A DNA stretch of 64,000 nt from IMG/VR virus record IMGVR_UViG_3300020430_000008, positions 64,001-128,000 of that record; one strand, given 5' to 3'. Shown piece after piece: positions 47,793 to 56,287 of the stretch (its first letter is position 1; each line of letters starts with the position of its first letter). The stretch comes from a virus. A model generated the notes under the pieces. That model was not told the DNA's origin. It did not search any database and was given only the letters and a program-made list of their open reading frames with translations. The translations under genes and the position numbers were made by a program.

Positions 47793-48287
47793 CTATTTTT
47801 CGCTGTGTCTGATTTTGCCGTATCCAGACATTGCCTCTTCGTCGGGTTGACCGGGCTTTGTCTTGGACCGCTCGGCGCGATTAACCAACTCGCTGCTGCT
47901 TTCGATCTTGCCGCCACCAACATTCCAAATCATTTCAATGCCAAGTTCCTTGCACACCGCAACCTCTGGTACGTTATCGCCCTTCCGGTCGCCGCCGTTG
48001 GCAAAGTATGTAGGCTTAATGCGCCGTAGAGCCTCACAGACTGTCTCGTCGGTATCATCTACCCACTCTACCTTCACAACGCCCTTAAGCGCCTCCAGAA
48101 TCTCTTTACGCTGGTCCCACGTCATAAACACAAAGCCCTTCTTTCGATACAACCATGAGTCACTGTTGGCAACAACGATAACGTCGCCGTATTCAGCCGC
48201 CGCCAAGATAAGGCGAACGTGTCCGATGTGAACAGGGTCAAATCCTCCAGAAACAACTACGGTGTCGTATGGTGATTTTGCTGTCAT
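47793..48287 (-). CDS. Cytidylyltransferase-family nucleotidyltransferase (RfaE domain II/TagD-like)
   Basis: Start ATG 48287 after AGGAG; SGGFDPVHIGH, NSD, ANGGDR, K..SSS. Confidence 0.9.
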   Translation of the reverse strand: MTAKSPYDTVVVSGGFDPVHIGHVRLILAAAEYGDVIVVANSDSWLYRKKGFVFMTWDQRKEILEALKGVVKVEWVDDTDETVCEALRRIKPTYFANGGDRKGDNVPEVAVCKELGIEMIWNVGGGKIESSSELVNRAERSKTKPGQPDEEAMSGYGKIRHSEK

Positions 48288-48303
48288 TTTTTTTCTCCTA
48301 TAG

Positions 48304-48380
48304 TGGCACACCCGATAGGACTCGAACCTATGACCCACAGCTTAGAAGGCTGTTGCTCTATCCAACTGAGCTACGGGTGC
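48304..48380 (-). tRNA. tRNA-Arg(TCT)
   Basis: Canonical 77-nt cloverleaf GCACCCG...ACAGC-CTTCTAA-GCTGT...GGTTCGAGTCC...GCCA. Confidence 0.97.
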
Positions 48381-48632
48381 CTATTCAGCGCCGTAAACAT
48401 CTTTAGCCTTTTTGTAGTAGGCTTTAGCAACGGCATAGTTATAATCAGGGTCTATCTCGTCCATCACTCTTACAATTTGCAGAATGAATCTTTTAGTTTT
48501 TTCGTATTCTTTGTCGTCATGTATGACTTGCTCAACAATATCAAACATCTCTTGCGCTGACTTTTCAACGTCTTCGTAAGAAAGCAAACGAGCGGCATAG
48601 GAGCGCGCTAATGATTCGGTGTCGTCCATCAC
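48381..48632 (-). CDS. Hypothetical protein
   Basis: 83 aa; stop abuts tRNA-Arg. Confidence 0.6.
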   Translation of the reverse strand: MMDDTESLARSYAARLLSYEDVEKSAQEMFDIVEQVIHDDKEYEKTKRFILQIVRVMDEIDPDYNYAVAKAYYKKAKDVYGAE

Positions 48633-48654
48633 ACATAATTAGAATATAACACGA

Positions 48655-49341
48655 TTATTCATCTTCGTCAAGCACTATTTTGTGAGACTTTAATCTTACA
48701 ACACCATCAGTAATTTGTGCGTAAGTTGTGTGGTCCACCCAATCGCCTGTATTAACGTACGTTTTAATCTCTTCGTTCTGATCAACCCAGATAACCACCT
48801 CGGGGCGGTGTGAATGACCCATGATTGTCACGTCAACGTCGTTATTGAAATCGATTATATCCCATAACCTTATTAGTTTGCGTTTTGCGAGCGCTCGATT
48901 AGCCCACCATGTTGCCAAGTCAACATCAAATGTGCGTTCCAGCCAGTCTTGACAAATTGAGACAATCTTTAATAATAGTCCCTCAGACCATTTCGCCCAA
49001 AAACCACTCTCATACCTATCACCATGCTCAATGCGGAATGACCTTCCGTTGTCTTCAAACTCATACATTTCCATGAAGTTGATGTGATTGAATGACTTGC
49101 CGGCAAACGCATCAAAGCTGTAATCGTGGTTTCCAATAATATAAACGACTCTAGAAAACGAGGTAATCTTTTTTAGTATCTCTAATGATTGCTGAGAGAA
49201 TATTGGAATTTTAACAAAGTCAACAATGTCGCCTGCTAAGATAAGTTCGTCGCACTCTAATCCATTGAGGAAATTTAACAGTTCCTCTTCTTTGCAATAT
49301 GCACTTCCAAGATGTAGATCAGAGATTATTACTCGCTTCAC
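48655..49341 (-). CDS. Metallophosphoesterase, LpxH-like
   Basis: ISDLHLG, LAGDIVD, GNHD, HGD, GHSH, NTGDW. Confidence 0.88.
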   Translation of the reverse strand: MKRVIISDLHLGSAYCKEEELLNFLNGLECDELILAGDIVDFVKIPIFSQQSLEILKKITSFSRVVYIIGNHDYSFDAFAGKSFNHINFMEMYEFEDNGRSFRIEHGDRYESGFWAKWSEGLLLKIVSICQDWLERTFDVDLATWWANRALAKRKLIRLWDIIDFNNDVDVTIMGHSHRPEVVIWVDQNEEIKTYVNTGDWVDHTTYAQITDGVVRLKSHKIVLDEDE

Positions 49342-49342
49342 T

Positions 49343-49765
49343 TTAATCGTCGTTATTCAATGCTGCTTTCACAGCTTTTACAAATTTAGCTCCTATGTTA
49401 TAACTATCAATCTCATCAATAGTTACCCATTCATATTCGGTATGCTCTTCACTAAGTTTTATTGTACCACTATATGACCGAGTTTTGTAAAATTTCTTTC
49501 GACCATCGTGCAATATCATTTCGGGACTTGTAATGTCAAGATCAGTCTCTTCCTTAACCTCACGTTTGAGCCCGTCGATGTCATCTTCGCCTTCATGAAT
49601 ATGTCCACCCGGCAAGTCCCATTCACCTGCGTGTTTCTCGTTTAAATCTGAACTCTTAAGGATGAGAGCTTTGTCTTCATCATTAATAAGCACGGCTTTT
49701 CTGACTTGTTCAGTGTCCATATCCTCTAGTAAGTAGTGTCGCCAATTTTCAAAAAGTTGTTTCAT
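49343..49765 (-). CDS. NUDIX hydrolase with N-terminal tag
   Basis: WDLPGGHIHEGE.....LKREVKEET Nudix box; starts MKQLFENWRHYLLE. Confidence 0.93.
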   Translation of the reverse strand: MKQLFENWRHYLLEDMDTEQVRKAVLINDEDKALILKSSDLNEKHAGEWDLPGGHIHEGEDDIDGLKREVKEETDLDITSPEMILHDGRKKFYKTRSYSGTIKLSEEHTEYEWVTIDEIDSYNIGAKFVKAVKAALNNDD

Positions 49766-51003
49766 TGTGTAAACAGCCCCACGTCTACCATAACTAGTTG
49801 TCCGCTGTCAGGACGCATCATGACATTGCCTGTGTGCATATCTCTTGGTGAGAAGTTCTTCCCATGCAGATACTCCATCGCGTTCAGCAAGCCTTCTGCT
49901 TCGGAAAACGTTTCTTTCGTATACTTGTCTGCGCCCCCCAACTGAGCCTCGGGACCGTACTTATATGTCATAGGCACAACTTGTTTTTTTAAGTGGTAAA
50001 ACAGCCTTTCGTCAAGCTCTTTTGATGTTGTTTCCATGACTGCTTGGCGGCGGGTTGCAAAATACTCTTTCATCCTAGGGTCTTTCTGTTTATCAAGCTC
50101 ATATTTTTTTACAAAATCAGGAAGCATCTTGTCAACTTTATCAAAAAAGATGTTTAATAATCTTGGTCCGTGAGGTTTGAACGATGGGGCGTGGTAGCGG
50201 CTCAACCTTCCATAGTCAACATACATGTTTTCTCTTGGATTCTCACCCGCAAAATAAGCGCCAGCAACTTGTTTGATCAACGTGTCAAGATGCCACTTGG
50301 ACCATCTGTCAACAGCAGCGGTCATGTGCGGAGAAATCGATTTAGCCATGTTCGTAATCAACTCATTCATTGCACCTTCATTGGCAAATATACGTTTGAT
50401 CTTGTTTGTTGGAATCTCTTCATCAGGATCATCCAAAAACAAAGTGCCCAAAACCTCTTTCGGTGCGGGCGTCAACAACTCCATAAGAATAACCAAAGCA
50501 CCTTCTGCCATTTGATACGGCTGCTCGTTTCTGTCAACAATATCTTTACCGGGCACACGATAAACAGCATACACGTTAACTAAGTGCTGTTTTACTTCAT
50601 CTGGTAAGCTGGCTCTATTCTCAAGAATCCACCTATAGTTCTTTTCTTCATTGTCTACCTGTTGACCGCCCAAAAGCACAGACACAACCTTGACAGCTAA
50701 TCTGCGTCCGGTATTGCTGCCTTCTATTTCCCAGATTTTGCCGTATTGACCTTCATCAATAAAACGATTCACATAATAGCCATGCTCTTCAAGCATCTTT
50801 TCCAATCTACGAGGCATGACGCGCTTGGGTTTTGCAGGTTTGGGTGCTGTTGCGGTTTCAGCGCCCATGCCTAAGTCTTTCATCGCTTGCTTAAGCCTAT
50901 CTTCGGCTTTGCCTTGTTTCAACTTATTCAATAAGTCGTTCATTTCCGAGTCGGCAGTTTCGCCCTCAGTGAAACGTCTAAAATTTTCAAATAGATTCTT
51001 CAC
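49762..51003 (-). CDS. Protein-kinase-like enzyme with large insert
   Basis: GTG start 51003; EGQYGKIW, AVKV, E, LMEL, RDMHTGNVM, DVG. Confidence 0.8.
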   Translation of the reverse strand: MKNLFENFRRFTEGETADSEMNDLLNKLKQGKAEDRLKQAMKDLGMGAETATAPKPAKPKRVMPRRLEKMLEEHGYYVNRFIDEGQYGKIWEIEGSNTGRRLAVKVVSVLLGGQQVDNEEKNYRWILENRASLPDEVKQHLVNVYAVYRVPGKDIVDRNEQPYQMAEGALVILMELLTPAPKEVLGTLFLDDPDEEIPTNKIKRIFANEGAMNELITNMAKSISPHMTAAVDRWSKWHLDTLIKQVAGAYFAGENPRENMYVDYGRLSRYHAPSFKPHGPRLLNIFFDKVDKMLPDFVKKYELDKQKDPRMKEYFATRRQAVMETTSKELDERLFYHLKKQVVPMTYKYGPEAQLGGADKYTKETFSEAEGLLNAMEYLHGKNFSPRDMHTGNVMMRPDSGQLVMVDVGLFTQ

Positions 51004-51214
51004 CCTCTTCCTCTTCTCCTGCTTCTGGCAGGTCATCTAAGTCATCTTCGTCAAGTTCTGGCAAGTCATAACGGTTGCTTCGATGTTCTAAGGGTTTATC
51101 ATCTGATGTGCGCCACTTTTGCTCTGGCTCTACATGCTTCTTACACGATACCAATATGGATACCACAACTGCAGCCAAGAAAATATAATACAGTTGTCTA
51201 GTCGTTAACTTCAT
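50987..51214 (-). CDS. Small lipoprotein
   Basis: Signal peptide with lipobox LVSC; acidic tail. Confidence 0.65.
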   Translation of the reverse strand: MKLTTRQLYYIFLAAVVVSILVSCKKHVEPEQKWRTSDDKPLEHRSNRYDLPELDEDDLDDLPEAGEEEEGEESI

Positions 51215-51788
51215 TTTTCACTCCTGTCGATCTTAAACCGCCGTCAGACCATGCTCTGTGCATGATATGTCCGATTGAATTCATGTCCATCCAACCAAGG
51301 GCGTGACCTATTTCATGTTCTAGTATTCTTTCTGAGTCACCCCAAGCAGGAATGATCTCAATGCGGGCTTTGAAGATTTCGTTTGTTGCTGTCCATCTCC
51401 ATGTGCGAGTCTGACCAAGATGAGTGCCGAACTTAAAATCTTGACTTGGAATGTCAATAGTTATTGAGCCGCCGACTGCATCACCTGTCATACACTTTTC
51501 ATTACCTTGTTCTAATGTGGAGATAGGACCAAATGTATATCCTAATCTTTCCCAATACCTGACAGCATTCCTGACTCTATGTTCTGTAACAGGTCCATCA
51601 TGACAAATAAAAACGTATGGGCGTTGAATCCACTTTCCTTCGCGAATCGCTACATTTCCTTTAATGGGTATAACAGGGTGAATCCATATTTCTCTGTCTG
51701 GAATATCGTCAACAGTCAGACGAACAGCATCAGTGTGATGATCATGCACGCCACACAATAACATTGCTGAGAGCAATAAGGTTTTCAT
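51198..51788 (-). CDS. Secreted metzincin (matrixin-like) peptidase
   Basis: HEIGHALGWMD plus Met-turn HIM; signal-peptide-like N-terminus. Confidence 0.8.
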   Translation of the reverse strand: MKTLLLSAMLLCGVHDHHTDAVRLTVDDIPDREIWIHPVIPIKGNVAIREGKWIQRPYVFICHDGPVTEHRVRNAVRYWERLGYTFGPISTLEQGNEKCMTGDAVGGSITIDIPSQDFKFGTHLGQTRTWRWTATNEIFKARIEIIPAWGDSERILEHEIGHALGWMDMNSIGHIMHRAWSDGGLRSTGVKNEVND

Positions 51789-51812
51789 TCATATTACCTC
51801 CACTATTATCAA

Positions 51813-51821
51813 TAAATAGTT
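51813..51821 (-). promoter_or_regulatory. Putative late promoter motif AACTATTTA
   Basis: Same motif; GGAGG SD follows. Confidence 0.5.
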
Positions 51822-51924
51822 AGCATGTTTCAGTTTCGCACTGTTCAGATTCTTTAGTTTTAGCATCTTTATCCAGTGTAACTGTAAATGCGACCAAACT
51901 TATGCAAGCAAACAAGATAACCAT
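51820..51924 (-). CDS. 34-aa membrane-anchored peptide
   Basis: Hand-translated MVILFACISLVAFTVTLDKDAK...CETETC; fills the gap; below ORF-track cutoff. Confidence 0.45.
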   Translation of the reverse strand: MVILFACISLVAFTVTLDKDAKTKESEQCETETC

Positions 51925-51925
51925 A

Positions 51926-52195
51926 TCAATTGTCGTCTTCAAACTCTGGCACAAGTTTCAAACGTGGAGGCGGTAAAGGCTCTTTCATTCTTTCAGCCAA
52001 TTCTTCTGCAGTGATAAACTTTAATGTAATCACTGAGCTTTCTCTGTCGTAATGTAAACCTACAGCTTCTGTCATGTTAACTGCCAAGACATCATCTTCT
52101 GACAGTACAATCTCGCCACCATCACGTTTCATGATTGCAGCTAATATTGTAAATAAAAAGTCAGGGTCTTTTAATATATTGTCGTAGTCGCTCAT
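51926..52195 (-). CDS. Hypothetical protein
   Basis: ATG 52195 overlaps the upstream TGA. Confidence 0.6.
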   Translation of the reverse strand: MSDYDNILKDPDFLFTILAAIMKRDGGEIVLSEDDVLAVNMTEAVGLHYDRESSVITLKFITAEELAERMKEPLPPPRLKLVPEFEDDN

Positions 52196-52779
52196 AACAA
52201 CCCTTCGACCCATCCCTGTACGACGGATTCACTCCAGCCATTAAGACCATATCGCAATACCATTGACCGGTCAATAACAACAATCGTTGGCCAACTTGTG
52301 ATAGGATAACCATCTTCAAGTGGGTCAGTTGTATCAATCAAATCTCGGGAACCAGCGAGGACCATTGCTTCGGTTGAGTGCATAGTTGCCCATGTCTGTA
52401 AGTCTGACACGTCAATAGGACCGCCAGCGCTATCTTCAATCAACACAGTAATCCAAATAAAATCATCAGAACCGTATTGTGCATTCCACTGATCAGCAAT
52501 AGGTGCAATCATATTACAAGGTCCACACCACATAACAGAAAAGTCTAAAACAATAACCTTTCCATGGTTTTGATACAACTCTTGTTCAATACCGTTCTGA
52601 TCTGTCAAAGTCAAGTTACATGGATTATCGCCAATATTATGAGCGCACGTTTCCCAAGTTGCCCATGGATATGGATCTTCTGGGATGTCAACAGCCGACG
52701 AATCAGTTGTTGCCTCCAATTCTGCGGGTCCGCAAGCGCCGCATGCAATCGCAAAAATGAGCGGTATAAATTTCAACAT
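52192..52779 (-). CDS. TlpA-like redoxin, probable lipoprotein
   Basis: Signal peptide with Cys; GKVIVLDFS.MWCGPC, WPT.VVID. Confidence 0.88.
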   Translation of the reverse strand: MLKFIPLIFAIACGACGPAELEATTDSSAVDIPEDPYPWATWETCAHNIGDNPCNLTLTDQNGIEQELYQNHGKVIVLDFSVMWCGPCNMIAPIADQWNAQYGSDDFIWITVLIEDSAGGPIDVSDLQTWATMHSTEAMVLAGSRDLIDTTDPLEDGYPITSWPTIVVIDRSMVLRYGLNGWSESVVQGWVEGLL

Positions 52780-52794
52780 ACATATGTCCTCCCT

Positions 52795-53505
52795 TTATCT
52801 GGGTGTACCCAGCATTATCTTCATTTCATTTTCATTTCCAGAAATCGTTCTTGTGTACCATCCATCCACGCCGGGGTACTTACCCTCTGGGTGTGGTCCT
52901 AACCACTTGATGGGTTTACTAGGTCCGAGCACTCTCTGGACAACCTCTGGGTCGTTCACATGTGGCACGTCGTGATATTTCAACATGACATGTGCAATAC
53001 CTTTTGACATTTCAGCATAAGTGCCGGGAGTTAGCAACATGTCTGCTGTCTTTTTCTTGTAAGCGTCAATAGCGGGACGAGAACCATCGTGTCCAGAAGC
53101 GGACAGTTTTAGACCGGAAGGTTTGCTTTTTGCAATGCGGACAGCATCTGGTTCTGGGTCGTCGTCGAGGTCAACTGCTGACCAATAATCTGCATCACCG
53201 GGAATGTCTGCGGCAGTTTTAAAATCAAAGTTACCGCCAATGTTTTTATATGCATTATTAATGAGTGCAATCAACTCATCTGTAATGTCAACATTGTCAG
53301 GGTCATTTTTTAAATCACTTGCAGGAATCTCTTCCCACTTGCCCTTGTCATGTCCATAGTCAGCCCAGACTTCTTCTTCGAGTCCCATAGCTTTTCTGGC
53401 TTTCTTACTTCTTTTTTTGTTATCCTTCTCGACCTCATCATCATACTTGTCGCGTACTTCTGCCTCATTCAAGTACTTGCGCCAATTTTCCATGATGAGC
53501 TTCAT
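52795..53505 (-). CDS. Hypothetical protein with N-terminal ENWR tag
   Basis: Start ATG 53505: MKLIMENWRKYLNE. Confidence 0.7.
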   Translation of the reverse strand: MKLIMENWRKYLNEAEVRDKYDDEVEKDNKKRSKKARKAMGLEEEVWADYGHDKGKWEEIPASDLKNDPDNVDITDELIALINNAYKNIGGNFDFKTAADIPGDADYWSAVDLDDDPEPDAVRIAKSKPSGLKLSASGHDGSRPAIDAYKKKTADMLLTPGTYAEMSKGIAHVMLKYHDVPHVNDPEVVQRVLGPSKPIKWLGPHPEGKYPGVDGWYTRTISGNENEMKIMLGTPR

Positions 53506-53606
53506 TCTTCTGCATTCCAGCATCCACAACCACTGCAGCACCTGCCTATTGTAAGGTCTGCTAGTTTTCTCGCATAATGCCTAATCTTTTGGATTAATGT
53601 TTTCAT
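53502..53606 (-). CDS. 34-aa Cys-rich peptide
   Basis: MKTLIQKIRHYARKLADLTIGRCCSGCGCWNAEE; start abuts the upstream stop and stop overlaps the next ATG. Confidence 0.55.
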   Translation of the reverse strand: MKTLIQKIRHYARKLADLTIGRCCSGCGCWNAEE

Positions 53607-54698
53607 TTAGCAATTACAGTCCCATTTTCTTAAGGACTTGTTGATTCTGCTATCTGGATCTCTCTTACCCTTAGCGCCAGTATTCTTCTTTTTCATACCG
53701 CACATTCTTGCACAGAACGACTTTCTACGCTTTGCAGCTTTACCGCCCTTGCTCTTCTTAGCTTGCTTGGCTGATACAGGAGCCTTTAAATCACTACCGG
53801 GATTTTCCTTCTCATATGATTTACGACCCTTTGCGTTCAAGCCGCCTTCTTTATTCTTACCAGCCTTTCTTTGCCATGCTGCGCTCTTCTTCTTTTCTTC
53901 GATAGCCTCTTCCTCGTCAAGCATGTCAAGAGTTTCTTGCATTTCAAGCAGCATGTCAGCAACGATTCTATCAACCATTTCCTTTGTATGAGACTTGGTA
54001 ACCTTACCTTTCTTGGTGGCAGAAACATATTGCTTACCAGCTTTGGTGCCAGCTTTCTTCTTAGCATTATCGGCTGCTTTTTCATCGGCATCCATTGTCT
54101 TCCACTTGGAAGCTGGCTTGCATCGAGATTGTGAGCCGTCACTACCGTCCTTGGGGTCACCGCAGGGTGAGCCGTCTGAGTGTGTCCAATTTTCCTTTTC
54201 CCAGTTGCCCAAGCCACCGTCTTCTTCGCTTAGAGTACTCTCATTCTTCTTATCCTTGCCGCCCCTTCCGTAGTTCGGGTCTTTACAATACTTGGAAGCA
54301 ATCTGTGCCGCTCTTGCAGACCAGTTGTTGAACTTACCGTCTTCGCCGCGCTTAACCAACTGCCCGCCGATTGTCTTACCGTCAACCCAGTCTTTTCCTG
54401 CCTTACAGATTTCGTCTTCGTTAAGAGCTTCTAAACCTTCGTCAGTCTTCTTACGACAAGAGCCGGGTTCGCCTTCTTTACTGCCCGGTACTCTCTCGTA
54501 GCCATCCCAACAATCTTCTTCAAGCTTCCCATCATCAGTCTGATCTAAAATCTTTTCAATGCGCTCGGCTTGTCCTTTGTGCATTTTTACAGCACCACGG
54601 AGTTCGTCTGCGATTTTCTTGAGTTCTGCTTCTTGTTCTTTGCTGTGTGACTCTGTAAGAAAGTTTCGCCAGTTTTCCATAATTCTTTTCTGTTTCAT
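53607..54698 (-). CDS. Modular basic/Cys-containing protein with ENWR tag (putative head internal protein)
   Basis: Start ATG 54698 after AGGAG; modules CWDGYERV..GSCRK, WSARAAQ, GLGNWEKENW..G.PCG, GGLNAKGRKSY...RRKSFCARM...W.C. Confidence 0.7.
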   Translation of the reverse strand: MKQKRIMENWRNFLTESHSKEQEAELKKIADELRGAVKMHKGQAERIEKILDQTDDGKLEEDCWDGYERVPGSKEGEPGSCRKKTDEGLEALNEDEICKAGKDWVDGKTIGGQLVKRGEDGKFNNWSARAAQIASKYCKDPNYGRGGKDKKNESTLSEEDGGLGNWEKENWTHSDGSPCGDPKDGSDGSQSRCKPASKWKTMDADEKAADNAKKKAGTKAGKQYVSATKKGKVTKSHTKEMVDRIVADMLLEMQETLDMLDEEEAIEEKKKSAAWQRKAGKNKEGGLNAKGRKSYEKENPGSDLKAPVSAKQAKKSKGGKAAKRRKSFCARMCGMKKKNTGAKGKRDPDSRINKSLRKWDCNC

Positions 54699-55414
54699 TG
54701 TACTCTCCTGTGACATTGCTCTGGGTCAACGAATATTGAATCATCGATTGGTCCATCGATGGTATAACCTAGACTAAGTAGTTCGTTTCCCCAACGTGCT
54801 TCCATTTTTTCTATCAATTTGTCGTTGTAGTATTTTTTATATCCTGATGTGTGGTGCCGGTTGACATTTACCCTGCCAAGTCTGACCTTTGCACCAGTAT
54901 GTGTGTCTAAATCAAACTCATCAATAATCTTATCCCAGCCTTCATTTACTTTCTCGTATCTGATTAAGATTTGCGGCATGCATTTGTTGCCAGAATATAT
55001 CTGCTCATGAATCCAGTTATGCGGTTGCATAAAGTTTATTGTTTCGGTATCGCAAATCAAATCAACAAATTGCTCAAATGATTTCCACATTCCAATATTA
55101 ACAACTTCTTTGCCGATACCGCGCCCTCTTGAGTGGTGTTCATAAAAACTGGTAATCCAGTCATAAGGATTTCTAATAACAGCAACCCAAGCCATATCAT
55201 AATCCCGCGCACGCTCAGGCGGGGTGGTTTCGTCCGCTATGCCGTGCCAATCCCAATTCTCTACTAAGTGATCATAGTTTCTATGCGTAGTGGTGTAGCG
55301 AATCTTTAAACTGTTGATTCTAATCATCTCGACAGCGCTGGTGCTCGCTGTTTTTGGCACGCGAATATAAGCTAACTGTTTGCCGGCAAGCTTTTCCCAA
55401 TCCGGCTCAAACAT
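54695..55414 (-). CDS. Sulfotransferase (Sulfotransfer_2-like)
   Basis: Start ATG 55414; YIRVPKTASTS, IRNPYDW..S.Y, RYE, LGY. Confidence 0.82.
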   Translation of the reverse strand: MFEPDWEKLAGKQLAYIRVPKTASTSAVEMIRINSLKIRYTTTHRNYDHLVENWDWHGIADETTPPERARDYDMAWVAVIRNPYDWITSFYEHHSRGRGIGKEVVNIGMWKSFEQFVDLICDTETINFMQPHNWIHEQIYSGNKCMPQILIRYEKVNEGWDKIIDEFDLDTHTGAKVRLGRVNVNRHHTSGYKKYYNDKLIEKMEARWGNELLSLGYTIDGPIDDSIFVDPEQCHRRVQ

Positions 55415-55836
55415 TATTCTTCCGAGATGGGGTCGCGAATGTATTTCACCCACGCATATCTAGGTCTATTGGGCAAGTAATCTTCATCCTTGTCGTTCGT
55501 ATAGGCTTCACGTTCAAACGGACTTTCATAATAAGCCTTTGCGCCATCGCGATATCTAACTAAACCAACAAGCCAAAAAAGACCATACAACAACCACTGA
55601 AACACAAACAGCAACTCAAGCTGTTGTTGGAAGTGGATTGTTTCATGACGCACAGTCTCCGCTGCTGCTGCCTTACGAGACTTGCCTGCAATCTTTTTCA
55701 AATCTAAGTTACCGGTACACCACACCCAACAGCCAAAGCTGATTGCATAGATATTGATTGGTGATAATTTAGAAAGCCAAATCGGTACTTTACTGTTTGA
55801 ATAAATAATTGGTTTCCATTCTTTGATAGGTTTCAT
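55414..55836 (-). CDS. HEXXH protein with hydrophobic segment
   Basis: VRHETIH...SPFEREAY. Confidence 0.7.
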   Translation of the reverse strand: MKPIKEWKPIIYSNSKVPIWLSKLSPINIYAISFGCWVWCTGNLDLKKIAGKSRKAAAAETVRHETIHFQQQLELLFVFQWLLYGLFWLVGLVRYRDGAKAYYESPFEREAYTNDKDEDYLPNRPRYAWVKYIRDPISEE

Positions 55837-56054
55837 AGTCCTTCGTCAACGCTCCTTATTGCTTCTTCAACGTTAGCTCCCTGAGATACAAGTTCAACAA
55901 CCTGTTGAACAGCTTTCTCCAGTCAACCAGCGGCAAGACCCTCAGCAGAAAAGAATTCTCTTGCCTGTCTCGCAGCTTCTTCGGGGCTGGTAGGAATAGC
56001 ATCTTTAAAATAACTTGACTCTCGCCAAGCATCGAATATTTCATTCATTTTCAT
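55833..56054 (-). CDS. 73-codon protein with in-frame UGA at codon 44 (candidate selenoprotein/readthrough, or pseudogene)
   Basis: MKMNEIFDAWRES...EGLAAG-UGA-LEKAVQQVVELVSQGANVEEAIRSVDEGL; final TGA overlaps the next ATG (ATGA). Confidence 0.55.
55881..55922 (-). promoter_or_regulatory. SECIS-like hairpin immediately 3' of the in-frame UGA
   Basis: CUGGAGA-AAGCU-GUUCAAC-AGGUU-GUUGAAC-UUGUA-UCUCAG. Confidence 0.45.
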
Positions 56055-56060
56055 ATCACT

Positions 56061-56219
56061 TTAATTAGTTTGGTTTAGTTTAAATCCCAAATAGCACAAC
56101 AAACCTGAGCCAAGGGACAGCCACATAATGTCTTTAGATCCGATGAAGGTACCAAACCCAAAGAGAGTTAAGTTAACGCCGATGGCGACCAACATTACAA
56201 CTTGCAATGTGTCCTTCAT
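56061..56219 (-). CDS. 52-aa membrane protein
   Basis: Hand-translated MKDTLQVVMLVAIGVNLTLFGFGTF...; two hydrophobic segments. Confidence 0.6.
   Translation of the reverse strand: MKDTLQVVMLVAIGVNLTLFGFGTFIGSKDIMWLSLGSGLLCYLGFKLNQTN
56062..56069 (-). promoter_or_regulatory. Putative late promoter motif ACTAATTA
   Basis: 7 nt upstream of ATG 56054. Confidence 0.45.
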
Positions 56220-56223
56220 GTAA

Positions 56224-56232
56224 TAAATAGTT
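56224..56232 (-). promoter_or_regulatory. Putative late promoter motif AACTATTTA
   Basis: 4 nt upstream of ATG 56219. Confidence 0.5.
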
Positions 56233-56249
56233 TTATATGAATCTTATCG

Positions 56250-56257
56250 ACTACTTA
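56250..56257 (+). promoter_or_regulatory. Putative late promoter motif ACTACTTA (plus strand)
   Basis: Oriented with the only plus-strand genes. Confidence 0.45.
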
Positions 56258-56287
56258 TAGAGTAGTTACAGCACGGGAGGTACTGAT

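Noticed and set aside
55856-56044. 62-aa ORF from the track
   Set aside because: The alternative frame from 56054 has a tag-like N-terminus, an upstream promoter motif and coupling to the next gene.
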